The position numbers and the translations under genes were made by a program. DNA of 64,000 bases from Oikopleura dioica (taxonomy: Eukaryota > Animalia > Chordata): positions 4,464,001-4,528,000 of the forward strand of contig OU015568.1 in assembly GCA_907165135.1 (NCBI GenBank), read 5' to 3'. Below are positions 22,601 through 33,611 of this stretch, piece by piece (position 1 is the first letter of the stretch; each line of letters starts with the position of its first letter). The notes below the pieces were generated by a model that made no database searches, had not been told where the DNA came from, and worked only from the letters and a program-made list of their open reading frames with translations.

Positions 22601-25421
22601 TAAAAGATTCTAGCGGAAACGCGATTCTACGTGTTCTCGGTTCCCAAAAAATGAATTTTGCTACCGTTCTCTTAACCTCTTTTCGAGAATCTATTTTCAA
22701 AGCATCTTTTAACATCTTGTCAAAATATGGGCGTCACTTTCTTTTCGCATGCAAAACCAGCGAGCATACAATCAGCAAAAAAGCACGAAACAAGAAGAAA
22801 CGTAAATCCCAAGTACAGTTTTAACTCCCCCCAAATCCAGGATTCCAGGTGGCCGGTCAAGATCAGCGCCCGCTTTTGCGGTCAAAATTAGAATGAAAAA
22901 GACTTCAATTGATTCATTTGTACTTTTAGATTTTCGATGTTGTATTTTTGGTGCGAAAGACGAAGAATATGTTTTATACGGAACTGGTCGATACTGTCTT
23001 TGAAATTGAAGAAAACAAGATAACGACGGCTATGGAGATTATCAGCACAATCTTTTCAGGTAAAAATTGCATAAAAGATTGAACAAAATTTTGAGGTTTA
23101 TAACTAGGACAAGATCTGGCCATTTTCGCTCCAATTTTGGCCACTTTTTGGCTGAATATGGCTTCGAAAAAGATCAATTTCGGACTAAACTACAGAATCA
23201 AAGTTTTTGGATAACCAATAAGATTACTGTATTTGGCCAATCGGCCAATCAAAACCCTGATTTATAGAAACACTTCCATTTTTGATTCTGTGGCAGAAAT
23301 TCTGCCATCAATTTTGATATTTCTGGTTGAACTTTTGAATCAACTCTGACTCAACCAAAATCGTCAAAAATCATTTGATCGACAACAGACAAAGAGTCAA
23401 ATGACGCATGTTTTACATGTCCTGAGCATGAAAAATAATCCAACAAGATCCGAACACAAGATTTGTTGCTCTATCTTTCTTATTTCAACAAATCCAAATA
23501 ACTGCCTATTTGAGCTTCTTCTTCCCCCCTTTTCTTCCCTTTTCCTCCCCTCCCTCGTGTTTTTTACTAATGAGGTTTCGTAAAAATTCGAAGAAAATTC
23601 CACACGTACAAGGTCGTACCGTTTTACGACGTGGAGTACATTCTTTCACAAAACTTTAGCTCATTTTTCTGCTTGGAAAAACTTACTTTTTCAGAAAACT
23701 AATTTTTAACGGATTTTTTTAAGCGTTCGCGGTTTTGGCGAGCTTCATTTTGCTGGTTTCTGTCTGTGTTTGTGGATCACCTGATAAGAAGAAAACTATG
23801 GGGATCGTCTCCAGATACTGGGCCTTCCAAATCGGTAGGTTAAATTTGAATAAGAGTGTGACAGTTCTTTTGGCGAAGCCGCTTCGCGGCTTTGTTTTTT
23901 TAAAGCCGCTGTGCGGCTTTTCTTAAAATTATTCATCAAATTGTAAGAGACTTTTTTACAAACCTTTTTCTCGAGACTAGAATCAAAGTTATAGAAAATG
24001 ACACAATTATTAGCAAGTTTAACTCACAAAATAGCAAGGAGACACCCTTAATCCTTAATTTCAGGTCTGAATGCCCTTTTCCAAGCAGTCGAAAGTCTTT
24101 TCAACACGATGCCACGCGACGATTCCGAGTTCTTTGTCTCCCTCCCCGGGATAGGTTTGATATCAATAAATAGCGATTCCAGTTGAAAACAAATTTGAAA
24201 TTAATCGCTCGTTCTGCTTTCTTACAATGTTTTAGGAGTGGACGAAGTTGTGGGCGGAGTTGCTATTGCAGTGACTTGGATATTTACTGTGGGATACATT
24301 TTTGCTTATTTCTTCATGATAGGTTTGTATTCACGAAGCAAAATCTCTTGAATTTCGATTCGAAAGTGAAATTTTTTATCATTTTTACTTGAAAAAATTT
24401 GCCATCTTAGCAGAAACAGCGCTAATCAAACCGCAAATTCCGGGCTTTTATTTCCTCGCCACATAATTCCTTGTTTCTTTAATTTTGGCAGTGTCCCCTT
24501 CTATATTCGGGATATCGCGGGGCGGCTATCTACTGAAGTATCAATATTATTCTAGTGATTCTCATCTCCTACTCCGCCGTTTTGAAGCGCATGGCAAAGA
24601 AGAAAATGGAGTCTCTCTACGCAAAAAGAAGAATAAGACAAGTCGAGAGCGATTTGCAGTCGCAGATTACCGTTTCTGATAGGATTTCTGACATGGTAAG
24701 AGAAACAACATACTCTTCCTTGATTTCAAATACTCCCCTAGTCCGCGTACGAGTCCTCCGTTTCCCCGACAATCGGGGAGGGCAACTATCAGGATGTAAT
24801 GAGCATGAACGGAAAAGAAAATCTGGAAGAAATTTATCAACAGCGCCGATTGCCAGTCAGACGACCAACTGGTTATTTACCAAGGAATCGAAGCGTTTCG
24901 CCAGACCCGATTCTTCAGGCGCAATTGGCGATGCTTCATCCTATGCAAAAATTTCAGTTCTTACAGGTAAGGAACTCCTTTTTATCCATTTCAAACCCTT
25001 CTTCCAGCAGCAAATCACGGCCCGCCAGCAAATGATGCTCCCAAATCGACCGCTGCCGAAAATTTCCGAAGACCAATCTGTAAATACCCCGCCTCTACTT
25101 TCTCCTTCTTCTTTCTTGAACCCCTCTCTAACTCGTTTTCAGGATCAGATTTCCGAGCTTTCAGTGAAGAGCAAGCCCAACTCGTCCGGCCACAACGTCC
25201 GCTTCTCCAACATCAACAAGGAAGCCACGATCATTGAGGATTCGACTCAAGTGGCGCCGAGTTTTGGTCCCCGGCCAGCTAATTATGTCCCTGAATTTAC
25301 CCTCCCAAATCAAATGAATATGGAAGCGAATAATTATTCAAGGCCAATGAGGGCTTTTCCGGCTCCGAGAAGGAATTTGAGCTTTTCGCTTCAGCAAAAT
25401 AATCAAAACGGCACCCTCTAA
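10698..25421 (+). CDS. Four-TM membrane protein (LAPTM/tetraspan-like N-terminus CCFCC..G..G) with a long Pro/Gln-rich cytoplasmic tail; 9 exons
   Basis: Phase-consistent GT-AG model: 10698-10847, 22930-23059, 23724-23834, 24065-24154, 24236-24322, 24556-24695, 24742-24966, 25008-25079, 25143-25421. It gives MPDLRD...ESCCFCCNLGFGILFGALFFL-IFDVVFL...MEIISTIFSAFAVLASFILLVSVCVCG...YWAFQIGLNALFQ...GVAIAVTWIFTVGYIFAYFFMIVILISYSAVLKRMAKKK...NGTL*. The exon1-exon2 join is the least certain. Confidence 0.75.
13539..13732. mobile_element. MITE with TIR aacctgagtcagggct and internal AAGCCGC-n-GCGGCTT hairpins
   Basis: aacctgagtcagggct (13539-13554) / agccctgactcaggtt (13717-13732); four internal aagccgc...gcggctt hairpins. 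Related fragments at 14259-14333, 21078-21150, 23875-23923 and 30434-30488. Confidence 0.8.
15751..16190. repeat. Old degenerate inverted repeat
   Basis: gcgcctcgcgggggaactttttccccgcgccc (15751-15783) vs gggcgggtgaaaaaattccccgcgagccgc (about 16161-16190). Confidence 0.5.
16221..17157. mobile_element. 937 bp near-fully palindromic non-autonomous hAT-type (foldback) element
   Basis: Starts tagggtaaatcactaa and ends ttagtgatttacccta; perfect 8 bp TSD cgcatagg (16213-16220, 17158-17165); arms of about 390 bp are nearly identical in reverse complement. Confidence 0.93.
18031..18300. repeat. Extremely AT-rich low-complexity island
   Basis: Counted 15 G+C in 180 nt over 18061-18240 (about 8% GC). 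Confidence 0.85.
18836..18930. mobile_element. Short palindrome of the ACACCCTTAA/TTAAGGGTGT family
   Basis: catagtgacacccttaatt ... aattaagggtgtcactatg. Confidence 0.6.
19797..20744. mobile_element. 948 bp near-fully palindromic non-autonomous hAT-type element, related to 16221-17157
   Basis: Starts tagggaaactcgatg and ends catcgagtttcccta; perfect 8 bp TSD gatattga (19789-19796, 20745-20752); subterminal tttttctgggctta...agaaagcc..gaagctggggatcatttt is shared with the 16221 element. Confidence 0.93.
21590..21705 (+). mobile_element. Truncated MITE family A copy
   Basis: ggattcggctaaccgaccaatcagaagccgagtagttgc...ttttttgtcagttcctgacgccaaccc matches the right half of 9409-9568. Confidence 0.65.
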
Positions 25422-25948
25422 AATCAAATTTTTTTTCGAAATACTGGCATGATTTTTTTTAGAATCAAGCCTCCAAGATGACTCGAAGTCGTCATGTTTT
25501 ACTATAGAAAAAGCTTAATTAAGCTTCTATGAAACAACCAACCCTTTCTGTAAATAGTCTAACATAGACCTTTTTATACATAAATCATCAAACTTGCCGT
25601 CCAGGTAATCCAAAACCAGCATAATCTCAATGTCTGATACAAGATAAAAAATATGCTTCCAAACCCTACCTCTCAAAAAGAACCTCTTTTGATAGACAAC
25701 TAATTTTTTGTACAGTGGCCCCGTTTTGTGAGTAGCAAATACTAACACATTCAGAATCAAATTGAAAAAATGATGCGTTTTTGGAAAAAAAGTCCAAATC
25801 AACAATTTCCAGAAGTGCGTTATGCGAAGAAAAAGCAACTTGTAAATATGAAATATTTTACTGTGAATAAACAAAAACTTTAAAATCACTTCAAGTCTCA
25901 AATTTTATTAAAAAAATTTATCTACAGTGGTCATTTTCGTCCAGGAAA

Positions 25949-27512
25949 TCAATCTCGAATCATTTCCCATTCGTATCGATCTACAGGTTTGAACCAATAC
26001 GGCGCTAGAATTTGTTAGAAATGGGGATTTTCGAAGAGCTTACTTTCAAGAGGATCATTTCCTCGGTTGCACCAATTACTGTGGCAGCATTGGCGACAGA
26101 CGGAATACGGCATGATCCACTCTGGTCGGCATTGCGTCAGTCTTAAGCCCTTTACAAACGATTTCTAGAGCAATTCGAACCTTGGGTAGGGATGAATGAA
26201 GTTCTGCTTCTTATTCGCTTCGCACGTCCACGAGCTCTGGCATCCCATTTGAACACCAACAACCCTTCCGTCCCTCTTTCTCAATTCGATCGCGCAAGTT
26301 CTTTGATCAGCTGGGCATTTTTGAGCAGTACCAATTTTATTGCACTGCTCGAAGTTTTGAGCAGAGCATTTCCAGCAGAAGAGATCGTCGAAACTGTGAT
26401 GAAAATAGGAAATGAGAAAGAAAGTCGGTCTTACTTTGGGATTTCATTCTTTGACAACATGAAGGACTCTCTGTTATGATTTGCGGACTGGAGTGGTTTT
26501 TGTGTTGTAGTTGTAGATGTGGTTGAAGTTGATGTAGTTGACGTTGTGGATGTTGTGCTCGTTGTTGAAGTCATTGTTGAAGTCGTAGTTGTTGATGTTG
26601 TTGTTGTGGAAGTAGTTGTTTTCTTAGTTCGAAGAGGCCTTTTAGTTGGTCTGCCTTTTGGCCGCTTTCTTCTTGTTGTCTGACTTGTTGTCGTCGAAGT
26701 TGTAGTTATCGAAGTCGTAGAGGTTGTTGTTATCCCAGCTTCAGTTGTCGTTATTTCCTGAGTTGACGTTTTTGCCTTCTTCTTTTTTGCTTCTTTTGCC
26801 TCTTTTCTAATAAAATTTCACGAAACGAAATTGGCGGAGACTTACTTTTTCTTTCGCTCTGCTCGTATTTCCGCGAGTTCTTTCTTTTCCTTGGGACTCA
26901 ACTTCTTCTTGCTTCGTAGCAAGTTTTTGACCAAAGATGAAACGGATTTTTCTTCTTTGATTCCATCTTCGAATTGGGCGGACATTCGAGAGCTGAGAGA
27001 TGATTTTGTTTTCTCTTTTTCAATTGTTCGCTCATCAATATCATCTGAAACGGTTTAGAGAAAAAATTCGAATTGTGAGTACCTAAAAACTGTTTTTCCA
27101 CGATTTCGTCAAATTCATCCGCTGAAATCCCGACTTCGTCCATCGTTCGTTGCAGCCCAATGTCATTGAACATTTCGTATTCGACTGGAATGCCTTCGAC
27201 ATCGATTTCCGGAGAAATGTCGCCGTACCAGAAAGCGGCGTAATCTGGTACCTGCTCTTCGGGAAGCTTATTTGGCGAATAATCGAACGTCTCTGCCAGC
27301 TCATATTCAATATCCGACTCTGGAGGGATCTCGGGAAGGATGATTTCTCCAAGAGGGTCCTTAGTAGCTTCAATTTTCTGGCTCTTTTCGAGCTCTTTTT
27401 CTGCCCTTCTTGCGGCCACGGCCTTTTCCCATTTTCGCAGTTTTGCTTTTGTGATGACTTTTTTCTGCGCAGAAATCTGAGTTATAAAAAGAAGACTCTT
27501 GAAAATTTTCAT
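25949..27512 (-). CDS. Secreted oikosin-like protein: signal peptide, acidic/Lys-rich region, Thr-rich mucin tract, C-terminal Cys-rich (Ly6-like CC-x4-CN) domain
   Basis: MKIFKSLLFITQISA signal; GT-AG introns of about 40 bp (e.g. 27045-27082); poly-Thr tract about 26500-26750; spliced C-terminus CWKCSAQNFEQCNKIGTAQKCPADQRTCAIELRKRDGRVVGVQMGCQSSWTCEANKKQNFIHPYPRLTQCRPEWIMPYSVCRQCCHSNWCN...MIRD*, stop at 25949-25951. Confidence 0.8.
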
Positions 27513-27875
27513 GATATTGAATTATTGAAATATCACGAGATTACAGGCGCTTTATATGAGAAGTGGAAAGGTGATATTTTGAAAATTAAGCGGTTACAGC
27601 GACAAGAATAACGTGGTGAAGGTCAATTTTTATGAGAAATTTTTCATTTTAGAACACTAAGAAAAAAACGGAAAAGCGAAAATGTTTTAAAGTCAAATAA
27701 GTCAAACAGAAGATGAAAAACCAATAAACAAAAAATACATATAAAAAAGGGAAATCATTCGTTTCGCCTAAGAGGATAATTAACGACATGATTATTAGAA
27801 GATCTTTCCTTCTTTTATCACCTCCAACGCGCCATTTTTAGATAGCTGGTCTTACATATACATTCAAGAAAGAGA

Positions 27876-28742
27876 ATGGAACGGTCAAACAGCATCGAAA
27901 CTATCACCGAGGGTTCCTCAATCGCGCCGTCCGAAAGCGTGGTTGATTGGAAAAGTATCCTTTTGTCTGAAGAAAACAGCAATTCAACGCTTCAAAGAGT
28001 ACAAATTGAAGAGCTGATCCGCAACTTGGAGAGATTGTTCTCATTCAAGTTTTTCGATCTTGAGAAAATCTGGCTGGAGAAATTTGAAGAACTTAAAAAC
28101 CAGCTTGAAAATAAAGATCTGAATATCAAGGAACTTGAAGAAAAAATTGAATTCATTCAAATCGAAAACGAGCAAAATGAACAAAAACGAGATCAACAAG
28201 CGAAAGAAAACATCCTTGAAATTGAGGAAAAAATGAAGATGAATGATGAGTTGATTTTGAAACTGAACAAACTTCAAGAGCAATCGAAAGTTATCACTTT
28301 CAACTTTGAAGCGATGAAACAGTTGATTTTTGGCAAACTAAGGTCGCTTCAAATTTGGGTTTTGACAAGCATTCCGCACGATTTGGTGAAAAAATTTATT
28401 GTCGATCAATTTCGGAGAATCTACCAAGAGGCGGTGGATTACCTTCCCGATCTGATTTTCTTGATCATTTGTATTGTTTTTATGACGATTAGCATCATAT
28501 TTCCGACATGGCTCCTCCGCATCATCATTTTTCTTGTCGCCCTTTTTATGTTCATTTATTGGGAAAAGTATCACAATGAGGAGATTCTGCTTTTGGGAAC
28601 AGTCTCCAAGAAGATTTTGTCATTACGTGAAAGATTTTTTCCTCCGCATCGCCAGATGAGCAGATGGAACGCCGAAATGGATCTTACCCGTATTCCCGAA
28701 GAAAATGAATTTTCACTGGACGAGGAAAGAGACAACTCATGA
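27876..28742 (+). CDS. Single-exon 288 aa protein with a long coiled coil and two C-terminal TM helices
   Basis: ATG-initiated ORF with an E/K/Q-rich heptad region, hydrophobic segments LIFLIICIVFMTISIIF and WLLRIIIFLVALFMFIYW, and AATAAA near 28809. Confidence 0.75.
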   Translation: MERSNSIETITEGSSIAPSESVVDWKSILLSEENSNSTLQRVQIEELIRNLERLFSFKFFDLEKIWLEKFEELKNQLENKDLNIKELEEKIEFIQIENEQNEQKRDQQAKENILEIEEKMKMNDELILKLNKLQEQSKVITFNFEAMKQLIFGKLRSLQIWVLTSIPHDLVKKFIVDQFRRIYQEAVDYLPDLIFLIICIVFMTISIIFPTWLLRIIIFLVALFMFIYWEKYHNEEILLLGTVSKKILSLRERFFPPHRQMSRWNAEMDLTRIPEENEFSLDEERDNS

Positions 28743-29079
28743 GTTAATGAAAAATTTTAAAATTTTTTTCGTTCCGAATTCTATTAAAAATCTTTTTTAG
28801 TTTTTCCAATAAACATGCCTCGCATTATCATTGCATTTCTTGATTTTATTCACATTTTTAAGTCATCTTATCGTTTATCTTAAGACAACTGTGTCAGTTT
28901 GAGTATTCAATGTAATAAATTTCACAATGTACTGTCATTACATTGTGTGTTACAGAGAGGTTAGCGTATAAAAAGCAGATTCTTCCATTGAGATGTGTTT
29001 TTGTACAAGCGATGATGATCTTCATCTGTCGAGGTCGAGAGGAGTATTTACAAATTATTCAGAATCATTACTGAAAGAT

Positions 29080-30726
29080 CTAGTAGTCGATCTTAGAGTA
29101 TGGTGGTGGAGGAAGAGCTCGGTTTCGGTTTGGATAGCCTCTGGTTGGTCGATTTTGCTGGATGGAGAAGTTGACTTGTCGAGAGCCAGAGTGTCGTCCG
29201 GACGAGAGATCGGAGCCAATTTCTGAAGAATTCGTCGATTGGCTGGAATATCCGTGGACGCCAGAGTCGTAACCGTGCTTGGTGTTGAAATTTTGGAACT
29301 GGTTGAAATTTTGCCATTGAGGATTTGGCTTGTAATTGACGTTACCGTTACCATTTTGCATCTAGAATATATTTTAAAGCGGAAAAATGGCCTTTCTTAC
29401 GTTGAATCGTCGCATCTGCTGAATTGGTGTTCCGGAGTTCACATTTGGTCCCTTTTTGATCCTTCTGGCAAATACAGTGAGCGTGACTGTAAGAACGATA
29501 GCGGCCAAGGAGCCAACTACGCTCAAAGTCAGCCACTGAGATTTGCCATTATCTCGATTTTCGCCAGTAATGAGTCGCGGGTTTCGTCGAGACTCGTACT
29601 TTTCGAAAGACGGGAGATCGTCAAGATTTGCGTAGGGGACCTTTAGATCGTATTGAAAAGAGTGAGCGATTGATGAAAGTACCTGTTTGACTTTGGATTT
29701 TGAATTCTCCTCAAGCATATTGACCTCCAAGCTTCCATCATCTTCAATTTCATCGGAGAAGACAACATCATCATTGGCGATGACGTCATCAATGAGACCA
29801 TGTCTGACGAGCATGCTGATATCATCATTAAACTCGCCGCTTGTCAGCAACTCCTCAGTATCAACCATCCAATCTCCACTTCCTCCTTTGTCGATCGTCT
29901 CCTCGTTGTCTCCAGATGACTCATCATCATCAGCTCGTTCGGGTAAATTCGCCAGGAGCGAGAGCAAGTCTGTCCTGAGGCCGCGCAGGCGGGTGGCAGC
30001 ACGCGCAGTTTCCTGATAATCAAGATTAACTCTTTTAACGATAGGCGCGTTGCCGCCCGCGTCGACCGCCCAGGCCCAGGCGCTGATCAACTCGCTCAAC
30101 TCGGCGCCCTTCTTGCTGAGCGCGGCTAGCCGCGTCAACGAACGTTGCACGCGCCCAGCAGTCGCCCGCGACTCGATCAGATCCGCCATGAGCATGACCG
30201 TGCGGGCCTTTTGCTCTGCAACATGTGCCCGCCAACGTTCATCCGCTAAGCGGAGCATGTAACCGCTCGCCCAAGTATTCGAGCGGCGCAACAATCGATC
30301 AACCACAAACGGCAAATCTTCGTGTGAGACACCGACTGGCTACAAGCAAAATTGTTTTAACTTGGAATCGCCAGTGGTCCTCTTCACCAGATTTTGATCA
30401 AAGTTTTTGCGAAGCAAAAACTCCAAAAAAAAAAAGCCGCGCAGCGGCTTTTATCCGACCGCAAAGGGTAAGCCGCGCAGCGGCTTTTTTATCAGTGTTC
30501 TCTCTGTTAAGGATAAACGAAAGTCATCCATGATTTCGAGTCAAAAAATATTTTTTATAAAAAATCCGCACCCTTGAAAACTGCTTACCATTTTGACTTG
30601 TTTTCCGCTTATGGGTGCTTCTGCCAATGCCTCGTGTGCCCATTCATCGAAGTTTACCAGTTCTTTGAGCTCATCGCTCACAGAAAGTGCGCAAGAAACG
30701 CCTGCCAAGAGAAGTCCAATCTTCAT
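29080..30726 (-). CDS. Type I membrane protein of unknown family (signal peptide, helical and acidic ectodomain, TM, N/Q/S-rich tail ending PPPPYSKIDY)
   Basis: Exons 30589-30726, 29401-30339, 29080-29361 with phase-0 GT-AG introns; MKIGLLLAGVSCALS signal; TM LTLSVVGSLAAIVLTVTLTVFA. Confidence 0.8.
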
Positions 30727-31155
30727 TTTAGCGTTTTAAGATTGTCTGTTTCTTTTAGTTCTCGGCGATTTGAAGAGTTAAAATATTTTTAACTCAAGGC
30801 TTGCGCTTGTCTGTGGTTGAAAAAGAAAGTTTTTTTTTATCTCGGCGGAAGAATCCGAAATGAATGATTTTGAAAAATAATGCGTTTCTTAAATAGCAAG
30901 GGAGAAGAGCAGGGATTCTTTTCGAAAGCCGCGATGTTTGTAAACCTTCCGACGGGAGAAGAAGCGATCAGCGCGTCATATTTTTTTAACGTTCAACAAA
31001 CGCAGAATTAAACAACGGAAATCTAACGTGGAGGAACATCAACAAGTCAAATTTTTATTTCTGCAGTAATTCGAGAATTTAATTTTCAGTAAGATGATTT
31101 TTATCAATGTTTGACTGCTTTCCAATAAAAGCATTTCAAAGACAACATAGCGGAA

Positions 31156-32177
31156 CTACCAAAACTTTCTAAAAAATCCTTTCGATTCATTGTAAACTTT
31201 TGCGTCATCAATCGCTCGTGCGTCCTTAACTTTTCGTTCGTCAATTTCATGTTGATTTCGGATTCTTTGTTCTTGAAGTGTCATTTCATAAGCGTGCATC
31301 TTTTCCTTTGACTCCCTGTCTAGAGCTTCCCGTCTTTCCTTCAATGCGAGAGAGTTTTCATGCTTTGCAACGTCGGCCTTGACTTGCATTTTGTCCAAAG
31401 AGAGTTTCGCTTCTCGATCTGAAAACATGATAAGCTTCGTATTTATTATCTTCGAGATTAGGAAAAGAAAATCACCTTTATCCTGGCAGATTTTATTATT
31501 CTCAATCTCGATTCTTGCTGTTGTTTCTTTAAGTTTTTTATATTCAAGATCTTTATTCAACTCGAATTGAATTCGACGAGTCTCCTCTTCTTGATCAAAA
31601 CGACGCTGCTCTAATTCGCGTTTTCTGTTGGTGTCTTGAAATTTCAACTCAGCTTGAATGCGTTTCGTCTCCTCTTCTGTTGTAAACTTGGCTAGTTCTT
31701 GATCTCGTTTTCTTGATTCTGCTTCAAGAATAGCTTTCTCATGAGTTTGACGTCCTTCTATTTCTTTTAATTGTTTCTTAAAAAACATTAGCTCTTTAAT
31801 TCTTTTTTTTAAATTTACTTTGATGTCTTCAGCTGATTGCTGTCTGAATGTAATTTCCTGTTCGATCGCATATTTTGCCATAAAGAAAAGAATTATAATG
31901 GCAAAGGCCTGAAAATAAATTAAAAATTTGAGCCATAAATAGACAGTTAAACGGCGTATTAGCTTACTTTCTATTCAAAAATGCAAACCAAACTGTATAT
32001 TTTATTTCTCGTAGTATATTTGATTACCAGAAAAGGTGCTTTGTCATATGTAAAATAACTTGCGGCGAAGACGACTCCCAGTTGCACCTTCGAAAAAATA
32101 AATCGTTAAATACAAAAATTTCAGAATCATCAAACCGTATCAGAAGAAAAAATATTCCGCCTTTCGATATCAGCCAT
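31156..32177 (-). CDS. Membrane-anchored long coiled-coil protein
   Basis: Exons 32136-32177, 32028-32087, then from 31908 down to 31156 (probable in-frame 57 nt intron near 31420-31480). MADIERRNIFSSDT-VQLGVVFAASYFTYDKAPFL-AFAIIILFFMAKYAIEQ followed by E/K/R-rich heptads. Confidence 0.75.
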
Positions 32178-32260
32178 AATTCAATGATCCTAAGAACCGT
32201 CCGAAAAATCTTTTTTCTAAAAAAAATGGATTTCAACAGATGTGATTGAGAAAACATACG

Positions 32261-33350
32261 TCAGACTTTAAAAGAGACTTTTTTTGTCTTTAGGGGGTCG
32301 ACAAGAATCGGGATTTCCTTGACCAAAAATACGAGTAAACCTGAAAAGATAGGCAAAATTTGAGGGGGAGAACGGATTCGGTTGGCCCAACTCCCGCCGA
32401 GTATGAATGTCACCTCCGAGGTGTCAAGCCAAGTAAAAGAGATGCAAGGGACCACGCCGCCGGTGTGAACTCCTGCAGAGGGTAGTATGATCTCAAAATT
32501 CGGCCAAATGCCGAATTTTCATAAACTCATATTTTGAATGAATAATTCGGCCAGGTTGGCCGAATTTTTCGACCGAAATTGAACGATTTTTGAATGAAAA
32601 ATTCGGTCCCCAAGAATAAAGGCCGCGTCCTAAACCCACTAATTTATTCAGAGTCTCCATTTTATCAGAAGAAAATAATCTAATCAAATGGTCCTAACCT
32701 CGGGGCTCCGCCCCTTCGGGCCTAAGATGCCGGGGTCTAGTCTCGGGTTACTTAGGGTTTCCTTCGGTAACCCTAACTAACCCTAGCCTATCCCCCTCGG
32801 GTAATTTGTTCCGTCATTTTTGCAGGTGCCCCCTAACCCTAACCTTTATACTAGCAATACTACAATTTTAATTTTCTTGACGAAAAAATAGTCTTGGGGG
32901 AGCTGCAACTTTCTCCTAGCCATCTAGGGCAAATCAGTTATTATTATAACGAGGTCGATCGGAATTTTCGTGGTAATGAAAAGTCGAGTTACATTCCTAG
33001 ATATTCGAATTATCAGAATTGATAACAAGCATTCATAGCGATTGAAAGAGCCCTCAAAAAAGAATAATGAGTGTCCACCCAGAATTTCGCTGACCGAATT
33101 TTTCACCAGAATACTTTGTGAAATCTGCCCAATAATTCGGCCAGTTTGGCCGAATTTTTCATTCAGAATGATTGAAAATTCAGACGAATAATTCGGCTAT
33201 AGGTGGCCGAATTTTGAGATCATACTACGCTGCAGAGACTGCTCCTGGGCCAAAGTTGGAGCAAGTCTCGGTGTGACTCCTTGAGTAAACATAAAGTCGG
33301 GGCATCTTGAGCCAGAGATCATGATCAAGCTCAGCCTGGATGATCTTCAA
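32261..33350 (-). pseudogene. Coding fragment of unknown family, interrupted by a transposon; paralog of 33612-33863
   Basis: Removing 32481-33229 plus one TSD restores LKIIQAELDHDLWLKMPRLYVYSRSHTETCSNFGPGAVSAGVHTGGVVPCISFTWLDTSEVTFILGGSWANRIR. Confidence 0.6.
32481..33229. mobile_element. 749 bp non-autonomous DNA transposon with 8 bp TSD ctgcagag
   Basis: TIR ggtagtatgatctcaaaattcggcc / ggccgaattttgagatcatactacg; ctgcagag at 32473-32480 and 33230-33237; subterminal aattcggcc..ggccgaatt repeats; internal ccctaa-rich stretch at 32695-32845. Confidence 0.9.
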
Positions 33351-33611
33351 GAATGAAGATTTGGAAAACAGCAAATACAGACAGGCCCTTCTTGTTCGTA
33401 AATTCAGCTAGAAGAAATCGTTTGTTAACCACAATCTTTTTCGAAGATTGTTACTTTGATTCAAGTAGCTAATAATAATTGGAAGTGATCTATTTCGAAA
33501 ATTTATCATCAAAAGACTTTAACGATAGCGCCATCAGAATCAGTATCAAATTTTACCCTGTCATGGAAGTTTTCAGAGAATTCTAATTCTTAGTCTTCCA
33601 TATTTTCAGTT

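Noticed and set aside
29374-30315. Possible APP-family identity (helical E2-like region, TM, MQNG)
   Set aside because: No YENPTY motif and no E1 cysteines; the resemblance is superficial.
32695-32845. Telomere-like ccctaa repeats (also near 2230 and 44960)
   Set aside because: Only 2-3 degenerate units each, internal to a transposon or intron; not a telomere or a supportable interstitial array.
33240-33330. Faint likeness of MPRLYVYSRSHTETC...GVHTGG to the KDZ transposase PKFH..H...C...G.TDGE motif
   Set aside because: Spacing and the key acidic residues do not match; left as an unknown family.
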